Source: Pseudomonas sp.
GTDB lineage: Bacteria; Pseudomonadota; Gammaproteobacteria; Pseudomonadales; Pseudomonadaceae
Assembly (NCBI RefSeq): GCF_049301935.1
Contig: NZ_JBAQLP010000112.1
Location: 339-64,338 of the forward strand
Direction: 5' to 3'
Length of the DNA stretch: 64,000 bases
The notes under the pieces are model-generated. The model was not told the origin of the DNA. It worked only from the letters and a program-made list of their open reading frames with translations, and made no database searches. The translations under genes were made by a program, and so were the position numbers. Shown here piece after piece: positions 47,859-56,368 of this stretch; positions within the stretch are counted from its first letter, which is position 1, and each line of letters opens with the position of its first letter.

Positions 47859-48554
47859 ATGATTGCGGATCTGCACGGTTTCGGTCCCGCCCTGGTCGCG
47901 GGCACCTGGATAACCATCAAGCTGGCCCTGTCCTCGTTGGCCTTGGGCCTGTTGCTCGGCCTGGCCGGCGCTCTGTGCAAAACCTCCAGGTTTGGTTTTT
48001 TGCAGTGGCTGGGTTCGAGCTATTCGACCCTGGTGCGTGGCGTGCCGGAATTGCTCTGGGTGCTGTTGATCTACTTCGGTACGGTCAATCTGCTGCGCTG
48101 GCTGGCCGATAGCCTGGGCATCGCCAGCCTGGAGCTGAGCCCCTTTGCCGCCGGCACCATCGCCCTGGGCTTGTGCTTCGGCGCATATGCCACCGAGGTG
48201 TTTCGCGGCGCCATCCTGGCGATCCCCAAGGGCCACTGCGAGGCCGGCCAGGCACTGGGCCTGGGCGGGGCAAGAATTCTCTGGCGTTTGGTGCTGCCGC
48301 AGATGTGGCGTATCGCGCTGCCGGGCTTGGGTAACCTGTTTATGATTTTGATGAAAGACACCGCACTGATCTCGGTGATCGGCCTGGAAGAAATCATGCG
48401 CCATTCGCAGATCGCGGTGACGGTAAGCAAGCAGCCCTTCACCTTCTACCTGGTGGCGGCCTTTATCTACCTGGGGCTGACGATTCTCGCCATGGCCGGC
48501 TTGGCGCTGATGGAAAAACGCGCGGCGCGTGGCTTCGTGAGGGCCAGCGCATGA
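47859..48554 (+). CDS. amino-acid ABC transporter permease (HisQ-like)
   Basis: 231 aa from MIADLHGFGPA. Polytopic, with an EAA-type loop. Confidence 0.9.
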   Translation: MIADLHGFGPALVAGTWITIKLALSSLALGLLLGLAGALCKTSRFGFLQWLGSSYSTLVRGVPELLWVLLIYFGTVNLLRWLADSLGIASLELSPFAAGTIALGLCFGAYATEVFRGAILAIPKGHCEAGQALGLGGARILWRLVLPQMWRIALPGLGNLFMILMKDTALISVIGLEEIMRHSQIAVTVSKQPFTFYLVAAFIYLGLTILAMAGLALMEKRAARGFVRASA

Positions 48555-49240
48555 ACTGGGAATTGATGATCAAGTGGATGCCGCGTCTGCTCGAAGGCGC
48601 CTGGCTGACCCTGGAGCTGGTGGCCATCGCCGTATTGGCCGGGCTGATCCTGGCCATTCCCCTGGGCATCGCACGCAGCGCGCAACAGGCCTGGGTGCGG
48701 GCGCTGCCTTACGGCTATATCTTCTTCTTTCGTGGTACGCCGCTGCTGGTGCAGTTGTTTCTGGTCTATTACGGCCTGGCGCAGTTCGAGGCAGTGCGCC
48801 AAAGCGCATTCTGGCCGGTGCTGCGTGACCCCTACTGGTGCGCGGTGATCACTTTGACGCTGCACACCGCAGCCTATATCGCCGAGATTTTGCGTGGCGC
48901 CATTCAAGCCATACCGCCGGGGGAAATCGAGGCGGCGCGGGCCTTGGGTATGTCGCGCGGCCAGGCGCTGCTGCGCATCATCCTGCCGCGGGCCACGCGC
49001 ATCGGCCTGCCGGCCTACAGCAACGAGGTGATCCTGATGCTCAAGGCCAGTGCCTTGGCCAGCACCATCACCCTGTTGGAGCTGACTGGTATGTCGCGCA
49101 CCATCATCGCCCGCACCTATCAGCCGGTGGAAATCTTCCTGATGGCGGGGGTGTTCTACCTGCTCAGCGCCTACGTGCTGGTGCGGCTATTCCGTGTGCT
49201 GGAAAAACGCCTGCGGGTGGACGCCTGTCAGGGGCGTTGA
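48551..49240 (+). CDS. amino-acid ABC transporter permease (HisM-like)
   Basis: 229 aa, with the EAA loop GEIEAARALGMSRGQ. 4-nt overlap with the previous gene. Confidence 0.9.
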   Translation: MNWELMIKWMPRLLEGAWLTLELVAIAVLAGLILAIPLGIARSAQQAWVRALPYGYIFFFRGTPLLVQLFLVYYGLAQFEAVRQSAFWPVLRDPYWCAVITLTLHTAAYIAEILRGAIQAIPPGEIEAARALGMSRGQALLRIILPRATRIGLPAYSNEVILMLKASALASTITLLELTGMSRTIIARTYQPVEIFLMAGVFYLLSAYVLVRLFRVLEKRLRVDACQGR

Positions 49241-49348
49241 GCGCCATGCATGCGTTAGCGTTTACGCCCGGTTGACGCAAGGTCGCCGGGCGGCTGTTTT
49301 GCTAAGATGCCGCTCCTTTCCCACTCTCTTGTTTTGGTAGCCCCCTCG

Positions 49349-49810
49349 ATGTCCGAGCTTTCCGCCATTCGCCTCGACGAAATCGACCGTCAGCTGATCG
49401 CCGCCTTGCAACTCGATGCCCGCGAGAGCGTGGCCATGCTCGCGCGCAAGCTCGGCATCGCGCGCACCACAGTGATCTCGCGCATCGCTCGGCTGGAGAA
49501 GAGCAAGGTGATCACCGGCTACGGCGTGCGTCTGGGCCAGAGCGTGGCCGAGGGCGGGCTGCAGGCCTACGTCGGCATCACCTTGCAGCCGCGTTCGGGC
49601 AAGGAAGTGCTGCGCCGCTTGAGCAATATGCCGGAGGTGCAGCAGCTGTGTACGGTCAGTGGTGAGTTCGACTTCGTTGCCTGGCTGCGCGCCGACACGC
49701 CCGAGCGGCTGGATCAGCTGCTGGACGAGATAGGCGCGGTAGACGGGGTGGAGAAGACCACCACGTCGATCATCCTGTCGTGCAAGATCGATCGCGGCGG
49801 GCGCTTGTAG
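49349..49810 (+). CDS. Lrp/AsnC family transcriptional regulator
   Basis: 153 aa from MSELSAIRLDEIDRQLI. HTH ESVAMLARKLGIARTTVISRIARLE. Confidence 0.9.
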   Translation: MSELSAIRLDEIDRQLIAALQLDARESVAMLARKLGIARTTVISRIARLEKSKVITGYGVRLGQSVAEGGLQAYVGITLQPRSGKEVLRRLSNMPEVQQLCTVSGEFDFVAWLRADTPERLDQLLDEIGAVDGVEKTTTSIILSCKIDRGGRL

Positions 49811-49825
49811 GCGGGATTTCAGCCG

Positions 49826-49852
49826 GACGCTGCCGTTTTAAACAGCAGCGTC
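49826..49852. terminator. candidate shared stem-loop between convergent lrp-like and TPP-enzyme genes
   Basis: GACGCTGC-N11-GCAGCGTC 8-bp stem. It has an AT-rich loop and no strong U-tract. Confidence 0.4.
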
Positions 49853-49863
49853 TCATCAGCTTC

Positions 49864-51555
49864 TTACTTATTGGATTGCGACAGCAACGCCTGGGCGCGG
49901 ATCTGATCCAGGCTCTGCCGTGGCGTCAGCGCCTGCGGGTCGATGCGAATTTCGATCAGCGCCGCCTTGCCGGCCTGCTGCGCCCGGACGAAGGCACCGG
50001 CGAACTCGGCGGTGGCCTGTACCACCTCGGCATGCAGGCCATAGGCGCGGGCCAGGGCGGCGAAGTCGGGGTTGTGCAAGGCGGTGCCGGATACCCGCCC
50101 TGGGTAGTGACGCTCCTGATGCATGCGGATAGTGCCGTACATGCCATTGTTGACCACGATAAAAATCACCCGCGCGTCATGCTGGATGGCCGTGGCCAGT
50201 TCCTGGCCGTTCATCATAAAACAGCCGTCGCCGGCAAAGCTGAGCACCTGGCGGCTGGGCGCGGCCAGCGCAGCGGCAATGGCCGCCGGCACGCCATAAC
50301 CCATGGAGCCATTGGTGGGTGCCAACTGGCTACGAAAGCTCCGGTACTGATAAAAACGCTGCAGCCAAATCGCATAATTGCCTGCACCGTTGCAGACAAT
50401 GGCGTCGCTTGGCAGATGATCGCCCAACCAGGCGATGATCTCGCCCATCTGCACCGCGCCGGGGGCTGTTGGGCACACAAGGTTGTTGCGGTAGGCCTGA
50501 TTCAGTTGGCCGATCCAATCGCAGTGGCGTTCGGCCGGCGCGGCGGCTAGTTCGGCGGCCTGGCGGGCGAACGCGGCCATGCCGCTGACTATCGCCAGGG
50601 TCGGCTGGTAGACGCGGCCCAGTTCCTCCAGGCCGGCATGCACATGGATCAGGCGCTGGCGGGGCGTGGGAATGTCCAGCAGGCTGTAGCCGCTGCTGCT
50701 CACTTCGCCCAACCGGCTGCCCACGACCACCAGCAGATCGGCATTCTTCACCGCCTGAACCAGTTCGGCGCTGGCCGCCAGGCCGAGGTCGCCGGCGTAC
50801 TGCATATGGCAGTTGTCGAACAGATCCTGGCGGCGGAACGACAAGGCCACCGCCAGGCGCTGGTTTTCTGCAAAGCGGCCGATAGCCTCGACGGCCTGCG
50901 CATCCCAACCGCCGCCACCGAGAATCAGCAGTGGCCGTTCGGCTTCGGCCAGCAGCGCGTGCATCTGCGCCAGTTGCGCACCGCCGGGTTGGGCGTGGAT
51001 CGGCTGGCTGGGCAGGGCGTCGGCGACCGTCGCCGATTCGCACAGCATGTCTTCCGGTAACACCACCACGACCGGGCCGGGGCGGCCGCTGATGGCGCGC
51101 TGGAAGGCCTGGGCCAACAACTCGGGTAGGCGCCGTGGATCGTCGATCTGCACCACCCACTTGGCCAGCGGCGCGTACATCTGCCGGTAATCGATCTCCT
51201 GAAAGGCTTCGCGGGTCTGTTGGTCGCGGGCCACCTGGCCGATAAACAACAGCATCGGCGTGGAGTCCTGAAAGGCCGTGTGTACGCCAACGGATGCGTT
51301 GGTCGCCCCCGGGCCGCGGGTGACCATGCACACCCCCGGTTTGCCGGTGAGTTTGGCGTGGGCTTCGGCCATATAGGCCGCGCCGCCTTCCTGGCGGCAC
51401 ACCACCAGGTCGATCTGCTCGCGGGCATCGTGCAGCGCGTCGAGCACCGCCAGGTAGCTTTCGCCGGGCACGCAAAACACCCGCTCGACGGCATTGAGAC
51501 GCAGCGCATCGACCAGTATTTGTCCGCCGGTACGCGGTTTGAGATGTGAATTCAC
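49864..51555 (-). CDS. thiamine-pyrophosphate-dependent enzyme (acetolactate-synthase-like / 2-oxoacid decarboxylase family)
   Basis: About 563 aa. TPP motif GDGCFMMNGQELATAIQHDARVIFIVVNNGMYG. GTG at 51555 is preferred (ACGGAG SD 6 nt upstream). ATG at 51573 is the alternative. Confidence 0.85.
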   Translation of the reverse strand: MNSHLKPRTGGQILVDALRLNAVERVFCVPGESYLAVLDALHDAREQIDLVVCRQEGGAAYMAEAHAKLTGKPGVCMVTRGPGATNASVGVHTAFQDSTPMLLFIGQVARDQQTREAFQEIDYRQMYAPLAKWVVQIDDPRRLPELLAQAFQRAISGRPGPVVVVLPEDMLCESATVADALPSQPIHAQPGGAQLAQMHALLAEAERPLLILGGGGWDAQAVEAIGRFAENQRLAVALSFRRQDLFDNCHMQYAGDLGLAASAELVQAVKNADLLVVVGSRLGEVSSSGYSLLDIPTPRQRLIHVHAGLEELGRVYQPTLAIVSGMAAFARQAAELAAAPAERHCDWIGQLNQAYRNNLVCPTAPGAVQMGEIIAWLGDHLPSDAIVCNGAGNYAIWLQRFYQYRSFRSQLAPTNGSMGYGVPAAIAAALAAPSRQVLSFAGDGCFMMNGQELATAIQHDARVIFIVVNNGMYGTIRMHQERHYPGRVSGTALHNPDFAALARAYGLHAEVVQATAEFAGAFVRAQQAGKAALIEIRIDPQALTPRQSLDQIRAQALLSQSNK

Positions 51556-51652
51556 AGGGCACTCCGTAAGCATCAAGCGCCTGTCAGGCGCAGGGGTAGT
51601 CTGTACCTGGTTGCCTGAAAGCGCCGCGTTAGCGCTGCGCTCTTCTGGCTCT

Positions 51653-51684
51653 GAATAAGTACCTGCCCGCGAGAGCGGGCAGGT
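51653..51684 (-). terminator. stem-loop after the saccharopine-DH-family gene
   Basis: ACCTGCCCGC-GAGA-GCGGGCAGGT 10-bp stem (51661-51684), followed on the minus strand by ACTTATTC. Confidence 0.55.
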
Positions 51685-51693
51685 GGCGCTGGC

Positions 51694-52791
51694 TTATGCG
51701 GCTGCTAGGTTCTCTACGACGTTTTCTTCGTAGGCCTTGCCGAAGCGGTTGGCGAGGAAGTCATCGAGGGACACCTGCTCCTGGCTGATAAAGCCCGACT
51801 GCGGCAGCTGCTTGGCGCGGAACAGATCCAATGCAGCGCAGATGCCCGCAGCAGTGGTGATCTGGATGGCACTGGTAACGCGGCCGCTGCGTACATCGGC
51901 GAAAATCTTGCGGCTGAATACCTGCTGCACCAGCTTGCCATCCTTCAGCCCGCTGACGGTGACAAACACCAGCACCACATCCTGCATGGTGCTCGGCACG
52001 GCGCCGCGCAGAATGTCCTTGAGCTTTTCCTGGTTGTCGGAGAGACGCAGGTCTTCCAGCAGGAACTTCATCAGGTCGCGATGGCCCGGGTAGCGCACGG
52101 TCTTGTAATCCAGAGTTTCGACCTGACCCTTGAGGGTCTCGCACAGGGTGCCGAGGCCGCCCGAGGTGTTAAAGGCTTCGTACTCGACGCCGTCGAGGGA
52201 GAAATGTTCCAGGCCTTCGAGGGCCTGTACCAGTTGCAGGCGACCATTGCGGATCGCTTCGCAAGGGTGGCAGTACTCGTTGACCAGGCCGTCGACGCTC
52301 CAGGTCAGGTTGTATTTCAGCGAGTTGGTGGGGAATTCCGGCAGGGCACCGACGCGCATCTTCACTTCGCGCACGCTGTCAAAGCGGCTGGCCAGGGAGT
52401 GCGCGGCAATCCCGATAAAGCCTGGGGCCAGGCCGCACTGTGGCATAAACGCGACCTTGGCATCCTTGGCCAATTCCATGATGGTCTTGGTGGCGTGCAC
52501 GTCTTCGGTCAGGTCGAAGTAATGGGTGTTGCTGTTTTTTGCGGCTTTGGCCACGCCGATAGCCATGTGGTAGGGCAGCGCGTTGAGCACCGCATCCTGA
52601 TCGACCATGAGCTGCTCCAGGGCCGCGCCGTCGGCGGAGTCAAGCTCGCGGGTGGCGATCCCCAGTTCGGCGATTGCACGCAGGGAGGCCGCATCGCGGT
52701 CGGCGACCAGCACGTTATAGTCGCCGCTGTTGTGCAGCAATTGCGCGATGGTGTAGCCGATATGGCCAGCGCCAAGCAGGAGTACGTTCAT
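51694..52791 (-). CDS. saccharopine dehydrogenase family protein (size and architecture compatible with L-lysine 6-dehydrogenase)
   Basis: 365 aa. N-terminal Rossmann MNVLLLGAGHIGYTIA and family core PQCGLAPGF...YNLTWS.DGL.NEY. Confidence 0.85.
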   Translation of the reverse strand: MNVLLLGAGHIGYTIAQLLHNSGDYNVLVADRDAASLRAIAELGIATRELDSADGAALEQLMVDQDAVLNALPYHMAIGVAKAAKNSNTHYFDLTEDVHATKTIMELAKDAKVAFMPQCGLAPGFIGIAAHSLASRFDSVREVKMRVGALPEFPTNSLKYNLTWSVDGLVNEYCHPCEAIRNGRLQLVQALEGLEHFSLDGVEYEAFNTSGGLGTLCETLKGQVETLDYKTVRYPGHRDLMKFLLEDLRLSDNQEKLKDILRGAVPSTMQDVVLVFVTVSGLKDGKLVQQVFSRKIFADVRSGRVTSAIQITTAAGICAALDLFRAKQLPQSGFISQEQVSLDDFLANRFGKAYEENVVENLAAA

Positions 52792-53007
52792 TGTTGTTTT
52801 CTCCAGAGTTCGGGTGAGGACGCAGCCAGTCTAGAGAGCGCTTTATCCGACAATAAGACGTGAAAAGTAGCATTACGATGATTGCGCGATACGTTATGAC
52901 GACTTTCTGATGCGATATGCAGTGTTCTGCTTGCTGGTAGGTTATGCGTCCTCGCCTGCCATGGTGTTTACTCAAGGCACTTGTGTAGCGGAGGCCGGAA
53001 CGCGCCT

Positions 53008-55266
53008 ATGTACAAAGACCTGAAGTTTCCCGTGCTGATCGTGCACCGCGATATCAAGGCCGATACCGTGGCCGGTGATCGGGTTCGCGCCATCGCCCAA
53101 GAACTGGAGCAGGACGGCTTCAGTATTCTTTCCACCGCCAGCTCCGCCGAGGGGCGCATCGTTGCCTCCACGCACCATGGCCTGGCCTGCATTCTGGTCG
53201 CCGCCGAAGGCGCGGGGGAAAACAAGAACCTGTTGCAAGATATGGTCGAGCTGATCCGCATCGCGCGCCGTCGTGCACCGCAATTGCCGATTTTCGCCTT
53301 GGGCGAGCAGGTGACCATAGAGAACGCACCGGCCGAAGCCATGGTCGACCTCAACCAGCTGCGCGGCATTCTCTATCTGTTCGAAGACACCGTGCCGTTC
53401 CTCGCCCGCCAGGTGGCGCGCGCCGCGCGTAATTATCTGGATTGTCTGCTGCCGCCATTCTTCAAGGCGCTGGTGCAACACACCGCGCAGTCCAATTATT
53501 CCTGGCACACGCCCGGCCATGGCGGCGGCGTGGCCTATCGCAAGAGTCCGGTGGGGCAGGCCTTTCACCAGTTTTTCGGCGAAAACACCCTGCGTTCTGA
53601 CCTCTCGGTGTCGGTGCCGGAGCTGGGTTCGCTGCTCGATCACACCGGCCCCCTGGCCGAAGCTGAGGCTCGCGCCGCGCGTAACTTCGGCGCCGATCAC
53701 ACCTACTTCGTGATCAACGGTACTTCGACGGCGAATAAGATCGTCTGGCACAGCATGGTTGGTCGCGATGACCTGGTGCTGGTGGATCGCAACTGCCACA
53801 AGTCGATCCTCCATTCGATCATCATGACCGGTGCGATCCCGCTGTACCTGTGCCCGGAACGCAACGAGCTGGGCATTATCGGGCCGATTCCGCTGAGCGA
53901 GTTCAGCCGCGAGTCGATCCAGGCCAAGATCGACGCCAGCCCGCTGGCCAAGGGGCGCGTGTCGAGCAGCAGCGGGGCGATGGTCAAGCTGGTGGTGGTG
54001 ACCAACTCGACCTACGACGGCCTCTGCTATAACGCCGAGCTGATCAAGCAGACCCTGGGCAATAGCGTCGAAGTGCTGCATTTTGACGAGGCCTGGTACG
54101 CCTACGCGGCGTTTCATGAGTTCTATGCCGGGCGCTACGCCATGGGCACCGCTCGCACCGACAATGCGCCGCTGGTGTTTAGCACCCATTCCACCCATAA
54201 ACTGCTGGCGGCCTTTAGTCAGGCCTCGATGATTCATGTGCAGGACGGCGGCACGCGCCAGCTCGACCGCGACCGCTTTAACGAAGCCTTTATGATGCAT
54301 ATCTCCACCTCGCCGCAGTACGGCATCATCGCCTCGCTGGATGTGGCCTCGGCGATGATGGAAGGGCCGGCCGGGCGCTCGCTGATTCAGGAAACCTTCG
54401 ATGAGGCCCTGAGTTTCCGCCGCGCCCTGGCCAATCTGCGGCAGAACCTCAGTGTCGATGACTGGTGGTTCAGTATCTGGCAGCCGCCGCAGGCCGAAGG
54501 CACCGATGATGTGGTGACCCAGGACTGGCTGCTGCAGCCGCAAGCCGACTGGCACGGCTTCGGCGATGTTGCCGAAGACTATGTGCTGCTCGATCCGATC
54601 AAGGTGACCCTGGTCACCCCAGGGCTGACCGCCGATGGCAAGCTGGCCGTGCGCGGCATTCCGGCGGCGGTGGTCAGCAAGTTCCTCTGGGAGCGCGGCC
54701 TGGTGGTGGAGAAAACCGGTCTGTATTCCTTCCTGGTGCTGTTCTCCATGGGCATTACCAAGGGCAAGTGGAGCACGCTGCTGACCGAGTTGCTGGAGTT
54801 CAAGCGCAGTTACGACGCCAACCTGCCATTGAGCGATGTGCTGCCCTCGATTGCCCAGGCCGATAAGACCTTCTATCAAGGCATGGGCCTGCGTGACCTG
54901 TGCGATGCCTTGCATGCCTGTTACCGCGAAAATGCCACGGCCAAGGCGCTCAAGCGCATGTACACGGTGCTGCCGGAAGTGGCGCTCAAACCGGCCGATG
55001 CCTATAACCAACTGGTCCGCGGCGAAGTCGAGGCGGTGCCGCTTGAGCAGCTGGAAGGTCGCATTGCCGCGGTGATGCTGGTGCCCTATCCGCCCGGTAT
55101 TCCGCTGATCATGCCGGGCGAGCGCTTTACCGCGCAGACTCGCTCGATCATCGATTACCTGGCCTTTGCCCGCACCTTCGATCGCAGCTTCCCCGGTTTC
55201 GATGCCGATGTGCACGGCCTGCAGCGCGAGGAGGGGCTCTACACCGTGGATTGCATCAAGGCCTGA
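53008..55266 (+). CDS. ldcA: Orn/Lys/Arg decarboxylase, large wing-domain type (lysine decarboxylase LdcA-like)
   Basis: 752 aa from MYKDLKFPVLIVHRDIKADTVAG. PLP-lysine region FSTHSTHKLLAAFSQ. Confidence 0.85.
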   Translation: MYKDLKFPVLIVHRDIKADTVAGDRVRAIAQELEQDGFSILSTASSAEGRIVASTHHGLACILVAAEGAGENKNLLQDMVELIRIARRRAPQLPIFALGEQVTIENAPAEAMVDLNQLRGILYLFEDTVPFLARQVARAARNYLDCLLPPFFKALVQHTAQSNYSWHTPGHGGGVAYRKSPVGQAFHQFFGENTLRSDLSVSVPELGSLLDHTGPLAEAEARAARNFGADHTYFVINGTSTANKIVWHSMVGRDDLVLVDRNCHKSILHSIIMTGAIPLYLCPERNELGIIGPIPLSEFSRESIQAKIDASPLAKGRVSSSSGAMVKLVVVTNSTYDGLCYNAELIKQTLGNSVEVLHFDEAWYAYAAFHEFYAGRYAMGTARTDNAPLVFSTHSTHKLLAAFSQASMIHVQDGGTRQLDRDRFNEAFMMHISTSPQYGIIASLDVASAMMEGPAGRSLIQETFDEALSFRRALANLRQNLSVDDWWFSIWQPPQAEGTDDVVTQDWLLQPQADWHGFGDVAEDYVLLDPIKVTLVTPGLTADGKLAVRGIPAAVVSKFLWERGLVVEKTGLYSFLVLFSMGITKGKWSTLLTELLEFKRSYDANLPLSDVLPSIAQADKTFYQGMGLRDLCDALHACYRENATAKALKRMYTVLPEVALKPADAYNQLVRGEVEAVPLEQLEGRIAAVMLVPYPPGIPLIMPGERFTAQTRSIIDYLAFARTFDRSFPGFDADVHGLQREEGLYTVDCIKA

Positions 55267-55505
55267 TCCTGCTCTGGTCTGCAGCCGTGCCTGGCGGTGC
55301 CGACGTTATGCGCCGGCTGCCGCCTGTCTTTCTCAGTAGATCAAGCGCTTATCGCCGATAAGTAAAAAATGAGCTTAACTTTGATGACGTGGTCTGCGTC
55401 ACAGTGGTCAGCATCGACATTTGTCGGTTGGTTGTTATAGTTGCTCGATTTTTAGCATAAGAAGATTTTCATTGTGCGCTTGCGCCCCAGCTGAGGATGA
55501 CTGCC

Positions 55506-56318
55506 ATGTCCGACTACAAAGCCTTTAATGTCGTATTGGCAGATAAGGTCGCCCATGTGGCGATCAATCGCCCGGAAAAAGTCAACGCGATGAACGCGGA
55601 CTTCTGGCGCGAAATCATCGAGATTTTCCGCTGGATCGACGCCACCGATGAAGTGCGCGCCGTGGTGATTTCCGGGGCGGGCAAGCATTTCTCTTCGGGT
55701 ATCGACCTGATGATGCTGGCCTCGCTCGGCAGCCAGATGGGCCCGGATGTCGGCCGTAATGCGGAAAAGCTGCGGCGCAAGATTCTTGAACTGCAAGCCT
55801 CGTTCAATGCCGTGGACAATTGCCGCAAGCCGGTGCTTGCAGCCATTCAAGGCTACTGCCTGGGCGGCGCGATTGATCTGATTTCGGCCTGCGACATGCG
55901 TTACTCGACGGTCGATGCGCAGTTTTCGATCAAGGAAATCGACATTGGCATGGCGGCCGACGTCGGCACCTTGCAGCGCCTGCCGCGCATTATTGGTGAC
56001 GGCATGATGCGCGAACTGGCCTTTACCGGCCGCACCATCGCTGGTGAAGAGGCCCGTAGCATTGGCCTGGTCAACCGCACTTACGCCGATGCCGATGCCT
56101 TGCTCGATGGCGTGATGGGCATTGCCCGCGAGATCGCCAGCAAGTCGCCGGTGGCGATTCGTGGCACCAAGCAAATGATTCGCTACATGCGCGATCACCG
56201 GGTCGATGACGGCCTGGAATATATCGCCACTTGGAACGCCGCCATGCTGCAATCGGTGGATCTGCGGGTGGCCATGACGGCTCATATGAGCAAGCAGAAA
56301 CCGGAGTTCGCCGACTGA
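55506..56318 (+). CDS. enoyl-CoA hydratase/isomerase family protein
   Basis: 270 aa from MSDYKAFNV. GAGGA lies 9 nt upstream of this ATG. Crotonase motifs GAGKHFSSGIDL and GYCLGGAIDL. Confidence 0.9.
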   Translation: MSDYKAFNVVLADKVAHVAINRPEKVNAMNADFWREIIEIFRWIDATDEVRAVVISGAGKHFSSGIDLMMLASLGSQMGPDVGRNAEKLRRKILELQASFNAVDNCRKPVLAAIQGYCLGGAIDLISACDMRYSTVDAQFSIKEIDIGMAADVGTLQRLPRIIGDGMMRELAFTGRTIAGEEARSIGLVNRTYADADALLDGVMGIAREIASKSPVAIRGTKQMIRYMRDHRVDDGLEYIATWNAAMLQSVDLRVAMTAHMSKQKPEFAD

Positions 56319-56368
56319 TGTTGCCCTTTCACCTGTCTTTATTCCCAACGCGGGAGGCGCAATAGCTC

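Noticed and set aside
52972-55215. 747-aa ORF antisense to ldcA. Similar cases are 7992..9455 opposite icd, 42546..44192 opposite the aminotransferase, 47007..48404 opposite the ABC genes, and 1944..3146 opposite roxA.
   Set aside because: The reasoning is the same as for the ftsK case. These are biased-composition shadow ORFs that lie entirely within well-supported genes on the other strand.
55369-55440. A 23-codon micro-ORF (MSLTLMTWSASQWSASTFVGWLL) in the ldcA-hydratase spacer.
   Set aside because: It has no Shine-Dalgarno sequence, and I cannot assess conservation. An ORF this short is expected by chance.
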